Below, piece by piece: positions 1 to 13,369 of a DNA stretch of 64,000 bases. A program made the position numbers and the translations under genes. Where the stretch lies: the NCBI RefSeq assembly GCF_026571515.1, contig NW_026864408.1, positions 1-64,000 on the forward strand. Direction: 5' to 3'. Position 1 is the first letter of the stretch. Every line of letters starts with the position of its first letter. The DNA is from Ruditapes philippinarum (taxonomy: Eukaryota). Below the pieces are notes generated by a model that saw nothing but the letters and a program-made list of their open reading frames with translations, was not told the DNA's origin and ran no database searches.

Positions 1-619
1 CAAAAAAATAACACTGAGCCGTGTAATATCAAATCCCATCAAAAGTTCATTTGATATATTATAATAACAACCAATTCAGCATTCGTCCTGTAGACAAAAA
101 AAGTGAAATATTTGATCTTGAAATAATTGAATACAAAATAAGTATTTTCTATCTCTTAACATATGAACTTTAACTTTCTTTTAATGTATATGTATGCTAA
201 TGGAAACTGTGCGTGAAACTTACTATTTTGTTTTCGTGTAACTTACTATCCAGAAATTGTTCGTTTTACTTACTATACATTTGCAAAGAACATTTGTAGG
301 ATACAGACCTTCGAAAATATATTTTATATGAACTTCTACGATAACAGATGTCAATAAAATGATTGATTTTGTGTCTTAAGTGCAGAAAGTAAGTTTATTT
401 TCATTTATTTTGGTACCAAATTATATCGCTTCGTGCGAATTACTATCGCTAAATGTGCAATTTTCACACAATTCAAACAATGTTCTCAAAAACCACAAAA
501 CGTAGGATAATGCACTTTGTATTGTCATTTGAAGAAAATTAACGCGCATATGATACCCTAGGTTTTGTTTTGATTTAAGAAACGTTTGTCACCTTAATTT
601 AACATAAAAAGGTACTTAC

Positions 620-639
620 CGGGGCTCAGCAGTCGCCAT
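620..639 (-). CDS. Candidate first coding exon (MATAEP...) of a gene running off the left edge of the window
   Basis: Minus strand reads gaaaATGGCGACTGCTGAGCCCCG|GTAAGT: a YY1-like start context followed by a perfect donor, with an E-box GTCACGTGA at 665-673 just upstream. Confidence 0.4.
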
Positions 640-1014
640 TTTCTCGTGGGTATTACTATACAAAGTCACGTGATTCCCCCCCCCCGTGTGCATTGTAGCG
701 TAGCGAGTGCAGCAATAAGTTTTATATTTTTTAAAACATGAATTGTAACTGGCATACTCACGTATGCAGTATCGAAATTAATAAGAGTCTAGTATAATAC
801 ATGTTATGATAATACACGTTTAAATAAAAAAAATTCTTCAAAGCGGCTTAGTTTACGGTTTTTTATATATATGCTGGGATTCACAAATATTCATTTCATT
901 TGGAATTTAAAAACGGTTACAATTCAACTTGATACTCCGCGCACCGGTTACGCTACGGCCATCACACAAATCACGTGATGATGGTCTTATCACAGGATTG
1001 TTTCAAGATGGCGG
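634..1014. promoter_or_regulatory. Mirror-image, bidirectional-type promoter modules (TACGCTAC - TCACGTGA - AAATGGCG/AGATGGCG)
   Basis: The same three motifs occur in the same order pointing outward on both strands: 634-703 on the minus strand and 949-1014 on the plus strand. Confidence 0.4.
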
Positions 1015-2217
1015 ATATGCCAAAGAAATCGTTGAACAATTGTTTTATCAATATTATATCTTGAGCTTTGGTGTCTAGTCGATATGATTAGAAAAAAAGT
1101 CATTCTTGTTAAGTGTAGAACCGTAATTATTAATTACGTAAATTATTTCTTTTCGAAATTTGGAAATAAATGGTGCGATATAAAGACTATTTACATAATA
1201 TTTATGTTTCCGGAATAAGTTTTTGTTTAAGTTCACATCTGACACATTACGGTCTTGACACATAAGCAAATCTGTGATTGCTTTTTAAAAAAAAATCAAA
1301 CTTTGAAACAAAATCATATCGTCAAATTCTTGACTGCCTGAGATCTAATTCTGTTAGGGGAGATCAGTGTGTGGAGGTTGATATCGTGTCAGAATCGAAA
1401 CAACGCACTTTCGACCCCACCCCCTCTTTTAGGCCTCAAATGGTGAAAAAATGTCCTATTTGGGGCCAAAACATATGCTTTCGTTTGAAAAATGTTGCTA
1501 AAAAGTGAGCATTTTTTTCGGCGCCGCCCCCATCCAAAAGATACATCAGCGGGTTGCCAGAAGGGAGAGGTGCCCCCTTCTGTTTTGGGGGGCCTGAAGG
1601 GGGGCGGTAGTTCCCCTCATCGCCAAGAAAATTTCGGACTTGTGAGAGGCTAAAAATTACCCCAGATCGATCATAAGGTAACGTGTAACCAACACTGAAA
1701 AGCCTTTGACTCTATCACAATCCCTTGAGAAGTTGCAGCACTTAAAAATAAATTTTGATGGAAAAATCAGGGCAAAATAGTGATTTTTGGCAATTTTGAG
1801 ATGTCCCCTCGTTGCCTTGGTAACAGGAAATTTAAGATTGAGAATGTCGTTACAAAGGCAATGGTCCAGTCAACATTTGTGCCAAGTTTGATTAGCATTG
1901 AAGCATTTTTCATAGTTTCATAGCAGTTTGAACTTGTAACAGGAGGCTTTTCAATGAAAACGGCCATATTTCACAATATGCTCATGAGAGAAATGGTTAA
2001 ATAGATAATATATGATGACTTTGAGTTTAATACCATTAAATCATTAGTGACCGACATTTCCAGCTAGATAATTTATATTTCACAATCAAAAAACATGTCA
2101 AGGTAGGAGGCATTTATCAACAGCGAAAAATATTGTAATAGCCTACTTTAACCCATTTATGTAAAAGTTGATATTAATCGATAATTATGCGTGGAGATGT
2201 TGTTTAAAGACATATAT

Positions 2218-3772
2218 TCACGACGAATGATGGGCAACTAACAACAGACAGATTGCAGTCACAGAAGTGCTCGGGTGAGCTGAACACATTGACTTACCAC
2301 GTTTATGCTTGATATACCATAGCTCTGCAAGCCGACCCTCCATCTCGTTTGTGTCCTGTCCATTCTCTGAACAAACGATCAGTTCTAGCAGTTCAGTCTG
2401 CCAAGTCTTTCTTAGACGCTCCTTAAAATCCGTGTAACCTTTAGCACCTTTGGATATAACTATTTTCAATAGTGTGTCATTCTTATCAGTAAGGTCCTTA
2501 TCCTGCAATATATGTTCATTACATTATCAATACGTTTGGAAAGTCAACGTTTAATGTCAAAATTGTGGTGTACTGAAGAAGAAAAAACAAGAGCGAACGG
2601 CATTTCAGAGATTTAAACGGCTTATTGCAAGTATCGTTTATGATTTGTCTTCTTTTTTATTTAAGTTCTAATTTAGAAAATCGATCTATATAGTTCCGTG
2701 TTCAGCTGAATAAGGATAATAATAGAGTGACGCACCGGTCCAAATGTTACAGTGTAAAAGGTATCATATTGGAGAAGTTATCATTAGCCAGTCAGATTTG
2801 CGGTATACTTTTCAAATATCAAACAATATAACAACTGTCAGCGTAACGCACTTGATAAGGATCTTATCAGTCTAATTGTTTCTGGTTAAGATGCAACATT
2901 ACGGCCGGTATATATTTCGCATAATCAAAATCTTATTTAAACTTGTTTTTCCTTGCATTACATTTAAATGCCTGCCTTTGTTACACGTTGAAGAATTTAT
3001 AAAGTAACTTCGTCGTAATGCTGGTTGTTAATGCATTGTTTTACCTTTCCAATCGATTGTTAAAAACTGTTTGTGTACGCATAAAATGAAACATCTCTTC
3101 CACATTATCATGGGCAAAAGTAGGAGTGTTAGAGACTTGCAGTGATCTAAGCTGTTGAGAAAACTTTATTAAATCCGGTTAATTCCCCCCCCCCCCACAA
3201 AGTGAACGACGATTTGTTGAATATGCATCATGGTTTAAAAAGGAACAACAAATAAATAAACAAACAAACAAACAAAAACACTTAAATGAATAAGAACATA
3301 AAACTTACGGGCGTAAGATTGTCTTACAAAGCCCTTTATTTGTCAAAGCAGAAATGGTAAAAAATAATAACGAATGTAATAAATGTAACGCGACATGATT
3401 AGCAAAGAAAGCTGTATCTAGAAAATTTCGCAATCATTTGAGATGGTTTTGCAGTGATACCAAAATCGTCATATTTTCCAGTGATATATTATATTAGTTG
3501 TAGGCATGAAATAAGATTATTCCTCGAATGCCTGCCTCAGTTATTATACTACAATCAATAATTCAAGTAAAGAATTATTGTCACCCAAACATCTGCTTTC
3601 AAACTACTTAATATCGTACCTTGATACTATTTCTTTCTGTGTCGGTGAGTAATACAAAGTCTGTTTTACAATCAATTACGGGATCAGGATGCATATACTT
3701 CCTGAGTGCATCGTAATTTCTATTTATGACTTGACGTCCTATATGCATTTCAATATCAGAAGACTCTGCCAT
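2218..3772 (-). CDS. CARD (caspase recruitment domain) protein, small, possibly CARD-only
   Basis: Coding exon 3772-3620 (acceptor ttaag| before 3780, donor |gtacga) reads MAESSDIEMHIGRQVINRNYDALRKYMHPDPVIDCKTDFVLLTDTERNSIK. It joins in phase 0 to an exon starting at 2502 (attgcag|) reading DKDLTDKNDTLLKIVISKGAKGYTDFKERLRKTWQTELLELIV..., a typical CARD helix 4-6 pattern. Strong donor |gtaagt at 2297. Read-through, or a 60-nt intron 2297-2238, both end at TGA 2220-2218. Splicing to exons left of the window is not excluded. Confidence 0.7.
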
Positions 3773-4096
3773 CTCCAGTCCTTAAATAAAGATAAATAAT
3801 TCATTTATTAAATACTCTACATAATCATAATACAGTATGTGTTAATTTTAACAGTATACGTGTATAGGAAATATATCGCATTAAAAATGATCCAAATTAC
3901 GGTACAAAATATATTCTTATCTTTCTTATCTATCTTTAATCTATACCTGACTCGATATAAAAGATAAGATAATACAAGACAATTTGTTTATTTGGGTCTT
4001 TTGTACAAACGTTTAAAAATATAACGAAGTTATGAAAGAAAAAACGTAAACAATACAAATGTTAAATTGTTTCGAGAGACTAAGAAAATGTTCATA

Positions 4097-4731
4097 AACA
4101 AGAGGGCCGTGATGGCCCTAGATCGCTCACCTGACCCATCAAACTCATCAGAACAATTACCTAGACAAGCATTCTGACCAAGTTTCATGACAGGTGAGTC
4201 AAAAAATGTGACCACTAAGAGTGTTAACAAAGATTATCCATATTTGAGCAGTGTGACCTAGTTTTTTACCCAGGTGACCCATATTCGAACTTGACATAGA
4301 AATCATCAAAACAAACTTTCAGATCAAATTATCAGGATACTTGGATCAAAACAGTAGCCACTAGTGTGTTAACAAGATTTTTCTATTTTTAGCTCAGGTG
4401 ACCTAGTTTTTCATCCGACATGACCCATGTTCGAACTCATCCGAGCAATGACCTAGAAAAGCATCCTGACCAAGTTTGATGATAATTTAGTCAAAAATGT
4501 GACCACTAGAATGTTAACAAGGTTTTTCCATATTTGGGCAATGTGACCTAGTTTTTCATTTGAGATAACCCATGTTCGAACTCATCCAAGCTATCAACGA
4601 GATAAGCATCCTGGCAAAGTTTGATGATGATTGAGGCATAAATGTGACCGCTAGAGTGTTAACGAACAAGTGTGGACGGACGACAGACGACGGACATTCA
4701 ACGATCCTAAAAGCTCACCCTGAGCAAGCTC
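4097..4731 (+). mobile_element. Non-autonomous HINE/pearl-like element with ~145-bp internal tandem repeats
   Basis: Begins aacaagagggcc...gctcacctga. GTGACCTAGTTTT recurs at about 4253, 4398 and 4543. A GACG/GACA microsatellite follows, then aaagctcaccctgagc. Architecture typical of bivalve Helentron-associated elements. A truncated left end of the same family appears near 58010-58047. Confidence 0.65.
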
Positions 4732-6028
4732 AAATCATCGTAGACATGTTTCCTCTATTTCATTTTGGCAATATAACAGTTAAAGTGATTAAGTATTTTG
4801 TATGGAAGTCAAACGACCGCATACTCGTTGTTTGCTACTTTTATGACACTTTCAAAATAAGAGCTACTTTTTCAGGTCACAATCTCTTAAATTATTATGT
4901 TATCGTAATAATACTCATATTTCCCTTTTTCTTAAATTAATATTCGTATCGTAGGCATAATGTGCCTTTGAATTCACATAAAAATATGAACATTTCTAGT
5001 CCATGCCCTAGTATTAGGCTTTAGAATCTTTACCTGTGCGTCCTTGGACAATGAATCAATCAATATTCAATATGTTTCAATGACCATACACTTTGAGATA
5101 AAAAAACGATCGGCAATATTATCACACTATATCATTACACCATTATATCATTTGTGCTTTTTTGGAAAACCTGTGAAACTATTTCACGCACTGTCCTTGG
5201 ATTATTTATGTGTAGTGGTATAAAATAGAATAGTATGAAAAGTAACTAGAAGAATATGAGTCTCTGATTGTAGCTGCAGTGATTCTTCTTATATTCTAAA
5301 TCATCTTTTGATACTTCTTTCAACATTTCTACAGAAAGAAATATTCTTAATTTTTGTTATGAAAACAATCCATTCAATATGATATTAAATTATGAACCAA
5401 AAGAAATCTTCCCGGGTTGTAATTGTGAGGCGTTTATAAACATTCAAAAGTTATAGATTACAGTGATCTATAAAAAATAACAAATTTCTATAACAAGTAC
5501 ATGTACTTATTTTAATTTACTTCTTTTGAAATAATTTCATTTATATTTATAGTTTATGTGGTTGTAGAGGGGGGGAGGCTTAGGTAACGGGTACTTGTTA
5601 TACGAGGAAGCTAAGGATCCTACACATCTGGTTAAATCCAGTTGCTTTTCTGTTTTCTGTTTGGTTTTTAATATTATTTTAACTGTCCTTGGAGTCATAA
5701 TTCTATAGGCAATAAAATTCAAACATGTCTAGACTTCTCTATTTATATACTAAACATACAAGCCAAAACGTCAATCAACGAGGATATTATATTTCTGTTT
5801 TGCTTAACTACTAGTACTTTATAAGATATTATGATTTTAAAGTCAGTTATTCAATATGAGTGGTTAAATATTACGACATTAATCATTCAGAAGGAGTTCT
5901 TTGTATACGTTGCTTCATTTGGAAACTGCTTTTTGAAAATCGATGTTTAATGCTTGTATATTTTATATTTCATTTTTATTTTTTTATATTATTTTACAGT
6001 ACTAGGAGTCGACCTGCTGCAAATTAAT

Positions 6029-6349
6029 TGTCGTATGGTCCTTTCACATGTAGGGATTTGCTGTTTATGCATGTAAGGACATAAAACATGCGCCATGATA
6101 AATAAATAAACAAGATAAACAATTTCTGGCGCAAGCCAAGAGAAATATTTATATCAAAGTGCGCATGCGTGAGGTGATTTTTCCGGGAAGTTGGTAAAAA
6201 CGGAGGCCCGGCATGCAAATTATGTCGAAATGAAATATAAGAAATTAGTTGTTATAATGAGATGATGAAATGGAATGATATAGAAATGATATAATACATA
6301 AAAACGATATTAAGGATATTAAGAAAACACGAATATCGACCACATGACA
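6029..6349 (-). repeat. 3' LTR of the Gypsy element
   Basis: Direct repeat of 15218-15622 (about 17 substitutions over the first ~260 nt by eye, and ~85 nt shorter); abuts the polypurine tract. Confidence 0.95.
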
Positions 6350-7089
6350 TACTTCCCCACTTTGAGGAATGTCGCCCCGACATTCATAAAATATTAAAGA
6401 GGAAGGGCTTGAATCAGACATTGCAAGTAGTAAGCTTAAATCATAAAGTAACTAAACTACTAGGTATTACATAACTAAATCTAAATACTGAAGGCAATTA
6501 CAACCTGTGTGCAAATATATAATACCCGGGCAAAAAACCTTAAACTCAAGCATGCTCCACGAAAATACCGTATGCCGTGAATCGAGAAAAATATATGTCA
6601 CACGGAAACAAAATTTTAATTTATCAGTAGAACTGTGAATTCATTGAAGAGGTGCATTCTAAACAATAAATCCTTTATTTTTAAAGTACTGTAAAGTATA
6701 TTTATAAATTATCAAGGTAAAATATATGGTACATAGTATAAAACATAAAACGGAACACATCAGGTACCGAACAAAGCCCAACTTCAAAGCCTAGCGTTTA
6801 GGGCACACACTTTTTATTACTTGGGGGCCATATGCCGCTTTTCATGGAATGGCACGGAAGTGTCACATTGAAGGTTCCATGATAATCGCCGAATTAACAC
6901 ATCTGCGGATGTTTCTAAATTCAAATTTTTACTATATCATGTTTAAATGTTGAATTCTGCTTAAGCCGGTGCTAGGGGGCGTGGACGATAACTTGCACTT
7001 TCCAGTACCGTCCATGAACAGGCTCAATCAAACCGAGCCTGCAACATTTTCAATTTTGTTGTGTTGGACTTTCTTTAGGGATTCTGTTT

Positions 7090-8730
7090 TTCTCTATTTT
7101 TTGAGTGCTTCAATCTTCTCAGGATCTGTCTTCACACCATCAGCACTAACAATGTGACCCAAATACTGGACTTGCAGCTTAAAGAATTCACACTTGGACC
7201 CTTAAAGTTTAACATTGTGCATCTCAAGACGTTGAAAGACAGACTGAAGGCGACGGAAATGAGAATCAATAGAATCAGAAAAGATGATAATGTCATCGAG
7301 ATAAGTCAAACAGTCACGAAGGTGAAGTTCGCCCATACAACGGTCCATTAGACGCTGAAACGTTGCAGGGGCATTGGTCAGACCAAAGCCATTCTGTTGC
7401 ACTCATAGAATCCGAGAGGCCCAACACTAAAGGCAGTCTTTTGCTTATCAGATTCTTTGACTGGGACCTGCCAATAACCTGAGTGAAGGTCGAGTTTAGA
7501 GAAGATAGTAGAATCAATGAGAGAATCAATAGTTTCGTCGAAGCGAGGAAGGGCATAAGCATCCTTGATTGTACGGTTGATCAGTTTCCGGTAATCGATA
7601 CAAAAACGCAAAGACCCGTCCTTTTTTTCCTTGCTAACACAACATTAGAAGAAAAAGGGACTCTTGGACTCACGGATCGCTCCTGCCCGAAATCATGTCT
7701 CGTAAATGCTCACGTACCTCCTTAAACATCCCTGGTGGTATTCGGCGATACGGGTCTTTAGAAGGTGTGGGATCAGACAGATTGATTTCATGTTCGACCA
7801 AGTCAGTAGAACCAAGATCAGTAGGCCCAGAGGAGAAAATATGTTCCCACTGACTGAAGAAGGAAGTCACCTTAAACTTCTGTTCAGAAGTTAAAGTTTC
7901 AGTGGGAATAGAAATACCAAGGTCATTAAGAGTCTTGTCTGAATTGTGGGATTTATCAGCAACGCCCTCTGAAGGATCAATGGTGCGAACAACAGACACA
8001 TCATGTAAATTACAAAGAGTCATTCTTGGATAAATGGCGATAGATCTAGCAGTCAAGTTACAAACACGTACTGGAACCCTGCAAAAAGAACTACCAGGTT
8101 GTAATTTAACCAATCTAGGGCACACATTCAACATAAGAGGATCAGTAGACTCTGTAACACCAGAAGACATTTTGCCAATATGTCTCACCTTTCCCTCAAG
8201 TGTTGTTGTTTCGAAAGGCTTAACAATGATAGTCTAATGATGAAGAAGAGTAACAGGTTTGGTGACAATGTCAGGCAAGGAAGATATGATGTCAGAAAGT
8301 GGAGATGATGTTGACTCTGTTCCTGATGACTTCAAAACGTTCAAAATGTTGGTGCCTATTATCAAAGGGACTCTGCAGGAGTATTCTGTGTCTGGAACAA
8401 TCAGAATAGGACTGAAAAAGATTGTGATGAAAGACAAATATCAAGAACTGAATATCCAAGATATGGTACCTTAGACTCATTAGCAGAAGAAATATCCAAC
8501 ATAAAATCGAACAACTGTGACATGACAGGCTGGGGCTTTAAAGATTTGAAGAATGAAATTCCAATAGATGAAATCATAGAGCCAGTATCTATCAAAGCTA
8601 TAGTAGAAGTACCATTTATAAGAATTTCAGATTCATAAGAAGAGCCAACAAGAGGAAATGAAGAAGCAGGGTCATTAGAAGGGGAAGTATGACCTCTCAT
8701 CTGCCCTGCGATGGAGGTCGACTAGTTTAA
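7090..8730 (-). pseudogene. Gypsy pol remnant: aspartic protease plus reverse transcriptase, frameshifted; RNase H and integrase not visible
   Basis: Protease motif ALIDTGSMIS (ORF 8401-8700). RT motifs RFCIDYRKL, SKLDLHSGYWQV, KTAF, FGLTNAPATFQRLM and YLDDIIIFS are spread across ORFs 7378-7611 and 7202-7402. Recognisable similarity stops near 7090, only ~750 nt from the 3' LTR. Confidence 0.93.
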
Positions 8731-9784
8731 AGGACTGGCAGAGGTTTTGACTTACTGAGTGGAAGATCTCTCTTGTTTTAAACCCTTGAGTTCTCGATAC
8801 TAGACAGCCTGGATTCCATGCCTTCCATCTGCTTAGAAAGGGCCCTTATTACCTGAAGAAGTTTACTATCTAGAGTAGTGACACACTGCTGTGCAGGAAC
8901 AGACTCATTAGGAGTATTAGAAGTAGTAACAGAAATATTGGCCTGAGGTTGCCTGCCTAGAGGAAAGATGGACAGCTAACAAGGAAAAGCGTAAGTCTTC
9001 CTCAATGGCTGTCAACTCTTTACGAAGATTATTGAAGTTGAGGTCCTTCCGAAAAAGAAATCTAGAGGCATTCTTAAGCTGTATATCACGAAGGCCTGAC
9101 CACAACCTACCCCGCAACATCTCATCCTTGGACATGCTATCAAGATTGCAAGGTATCCTGCTTAGCAACCTCTCCAGACGCAAACTATAATCAGCAACAG
9201 ACTTATCCACCTTCTGCTGTTCATTATAAAACTGTTTCTTCAACATTTCAGTTGAATGAACATTACCATAAATGCCATCTAACTCATTCAAGATCTCATG
9301 AACAGTGGCATTTTCACCTAAAGAACACCTCCGTCACTGCCTTTCAATGATTTACGAATGGCCTCCCTGATGGTAAATGGTGGATAATTACCCTTATTTA
9401 TGTCACAATTGACATCATAGCGCCATATCTCAAACATTGACGAGTTGTATTTCCCATCTCCTGAAAAAGAAGGTAACTCAGGGATACGGCTAAGTACCAA
9501 ATCCCTATTTGTCACAAAAGACAAGTATGGTTGAGGGTTAGGCATGGATGGAGGAATGCTATAAACAGGTGGAGGAAAGTGGACCTGATGTGTATTCTAT
9601 ATGTTCTGCTGATATGTTCCCGGATAGGAGTAGGTGTAACATCAAATGTATGACTTGAGTGTATTGTATGAGGTGTACTTGCCATCACATTTACTTGAAA
9701 CTTACCAGATTTCTGTAACTGTTTAGCAAAAAATTCCAGATTTGCATCTGAATAGTCTATGGACTGAGTTGTACCATCTTCCAT
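8730..9784 (-). pseudogene. Gypsy gag remnant (PNMA/Ma-like capsid), frameshifted
   Basis: LPSFSG...FEIWRYDV...AIRKSLKG (9318-9545) and LDGIYGNV...FYNEQQK...SVADYSLRLERLL...LWSGLRD (8917-9291) are PNMA-type gag signatures, split over three frames. Confidence 0.85.
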
Positions 9785-11612
9785 GATGAAGTGAAAAAAA
9801 TTGATTGGGCAAAATACAAAATGAATGTTACTTGAAATTAAAGATTTGAAATGGCCCCAAAATGTACGCCATACACTATAAAAAGTGATTTACATCAGTA
9901 ACCAGTTTAGGTCTATATCGATGTAATAAAAAACAAACAATAGAAATAAAACAATTTTATTTCAAGAGAAAAACACAAAGACTAGAAAATAATCATTCAA
10001 CTTTATTCAAATTATGGCCCACACAGTGTACCATACATTACACACAAAATTCCAAAGTCACATGAACAGTATATTTATCTTAAAGTAGATTAGATCAAAG
10101 TTTGTCAAACAATAGATCTAATAAAACTGATATTCAGTCTCTATTATAAAGCAGTAATAAATTCAACTGAATAATATTCAGTGCTTAACTTACTTAATAA
10201 ATAACTTATTACAGACACGCTACAGGTAACAAGTCTATAAAATTCTATTCATGTGAGGTGCACAGACCCTTGTTAAGTGACTTGCTATAGTGTATAAATT
10301 TCAACTAATTTATGGTAATTGCAAGAGACACACAGGCTTGTGAAATTATATGCAGGAATTCTGTATAACAAACAATGTTCAGTCCAGTACTCTATACAAT
10401 ATCAGAAAAAAAAAATCCCAAAGACCTTACTTACATAGATTATTTATAAATTTACCTGCTCAGGCACAGACTCAACTTAATAGAAGTACACACAAAGCTA
10501 ACCGAATAAATAAATGTGTAAAGTTTCCTATCTCCTGATTAAGACAATTATTTAAATGCTAAATGTTTAATTTTTAGCTCATAAAGTAAAATAATATACC
10601 TATCAACAGACTTTTTATAATGACTAAATGAGAAGAACCCAAATTATCAACTTTTCAACTGTGATACTGAATAAATATTTCAAACCTACCTGTATACTTT
10701 ATTTATATTTAGCATTATTTACTCACAAGTCAACTACAATATTCTGTTCCTACAATAAATGCTAAACTATCCAATCTACATGCTTACTTCAGGCAAAGTT
10801 CTGGTTCAAGCCCTGGTTTTAATAAATAATAATACTATTATTATTATTATAGGTACAATAAGTAATCAGGTACAATAAGTTATCAGGATAGGATATGAAA
10901 TAATTCAGCTGTTGGATATATAATATCTAGGGTAATATTGGATTTATTGCAGTAAATGAACAATACCAGACTGGATGGAAATAATTTCAAATAGGGACAG
11001 GTGTAATATACTAGTTATTCAGACCTAGATGAAAGATAAAAGAGACAGAGTGTTAGCTCACCAACCACCTGATAGTTAAATGCTGTGTCTACATGTCTGT
11101 GAACTGTATCAATCTTCAAAATGCCAGCAACAGGATAAAAATCAATGTCACAGAAGCCTGAAGTACAAGGCTTTGTGGAATTCGACGTAAAATATACAAA
11201 GTCAAATATAAATATACATGTATATCTATGGTTCAAAACAAAAATTGATTTTCACATGTAGATCTTGATCAAGATTTTACACCGCTCAAAAAAGATAAAT
11301 GAAAAAATCAACCTAGATCTACATTTTTCAATATCTATAAAGGCACTATAAATTAAAATTAATAAGACACTTTATCCAAAATATAAGGAATGGTAGCCGT
11401 ACGGGTAGTAAGGCTAGCCAAAAATTTTACCGTACGTGAGTCACGACGACTACAGGGCCCCAAATGTATTGGCTAAATCGAAGCATTTTTAAAATTTATT
11501 GGAAGTGAAAAGATTTTTTTTAGTCTTTAAGCGAGGATTTTAACCAAGAAACAGCAATTGTCTTCGTATGTTTTAGAGATAAATCGCCTTGTTGGCTACA
11601 GTAAAAAAGTAC

Positions 11613-11750
11613 TTTGTCATCTCAAGACGTTGGGGAAAAAAAGCGTTTGGTCGCAGTTATATAACATCAATTGAAATAGTTTTTTGTCATCTCAAGGCGT
11701 TGGGAAAAAATAGCGTTTGGTCGCAGTTAAATAACATCAATTGAAATAGC
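11613..11750. repeat. Tandem duplication of a ~70-bp unit (2 copies)
   Basis: tttgtcatctcaag.cgttggg.aaaaa.agcgtttggtcgcagtta.ataacatcaattgaaatag occurs twice. Confidence 0.85.
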
Positions 11751-12289
11751 TTACAAAATTCGATGATAATCCTTTTTTGTTTCATTAACTTTAAATTATT
11801 GACACCTTTAAAATGAAACAAAAAAAACGAAAATTATTGTTGTTAGGCTCTGATAATTGCGTCAATTACCGACGGTATAGAAGTTTGTTAATATAAGGAA
11901 AGTTTACATGTTCCGTGAAACGCACTTTAAAATTATATTGTCAGTCCCTGGGTAGACTTTAAGTATGGCTAATTAATTGATTGTGCTTTTATGTTCGATA
12001 TTTATCTTGTGTATTTAAAAATTATACAATTATTTTGCTTTTCATCGTTTTTTTTTTTTTTTTTTTTTTTTCAATGTTCTTCTTATTTAATCCACTCTGA
12101 TCATTATTTATTATAAAAAATTCATCTTTCATACAAATAAAACAACAAATCATAATCATGAGGCACAAAATAACATATGCATGTTCGACTTCCATATAAT
12201 GTTGAAAAGTGCCGTACGGCTATACAATACAGCGAGTCCTGGCTAGTCAAACGCTAGAACTTTTAAATCTGGTTCCTTTTGAAGTTAGC

Positions 12290-13195
12290 GTTTTAAATAT
12301 ATCTAGAACGCCTGCCTTAAAAGGAACCAGATTTGGCTGCAGACATTTTCAGCAATTGCGACATGAAATATCTAGAACGCCTATCTCCAACGGCACTAGA
12401 TTTGACTGGAGACATTATCAAAGATTGCCACATTTAATATCTAGAAGGCCTGCTTCAAAAGAAACCAAATCTAGAACTCATTTTTCTAGAGGCAACATAT
12501 TTGACTGGAGACATTGTCAAAATGAATGCCACATTTAATATCAAGAATGCATATCTCTATATGTTCCAGATTTGGTATGATATCTTATCATAGATTGCTC
12601 ATGAAATATGTAGAACGACTATATCCACTGGCACCAGATTTGGATGGAGACATTGTAAAAGATTGCCACATGTTATATCTTAAACGCCAGTCCATATAGG
12701 TACCATATTTGGCTGGAGACACTGTCATAAATTGCCACAGGAAATATCAGGAAGGGAAATCTCAAAATGTACCAGATTACACTGGAGAAAGTGTGAAAGA
12801 GTGGCACGTGTTATATCTAAATTGCCAGTCTCTACATGTACCGGATTTGGCTTCAGACAATTTCAGAGATTGCCATAGAAAATATCTGGAACGCCTATCT
12901 CTTAAGGCACTAGGGTTGACTGGAGAAAGTGTCAAAAATTGCCACATTTATTATCAAGAACGCATATCTCTACATATACCAGATTTGGCTCGAGACATTA
13001 TCATAGATTGCTCATGAAATATAGAGAACGTCTATCTCTACAGGTACCAGATAGGACTGGAGATATTGTCAAAGACTGTCACATTCAGTATCGGGGACGC
13101 ATATCTATATATATATCTACCAGATTTGACTGGAAACATTGTCGAAGATTGCTACATGAAATATCTAAAACGCCTGTCTCAAAAGGTACCAGATA
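12290..13195. repeat. Diverged ~69-bp tandem repeat (~13 copies, alternating units)
   Basis: CCAGATTTGRCTGGAGAcatt core recurs about every 69 nt (e.g. ~12566, 12634, 12702, 12772, 12841, 12910, 12979). Confidence 0.85.
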
Positions 13196-13369
13196 AGTCT
13201 ATTTCCACTAATTCAAGGGCAATAATTCTGTCAATACTGATATGACATTATGCTAGTAAATAATTCTATTATTTATAATGAAAACATGACAATACAAAGA
13301 TGAATTTATAGTTTATTGAAACCATCTAATCGGCATACATGTATATTTTGCAAAACCTGAAAAAGTAGT

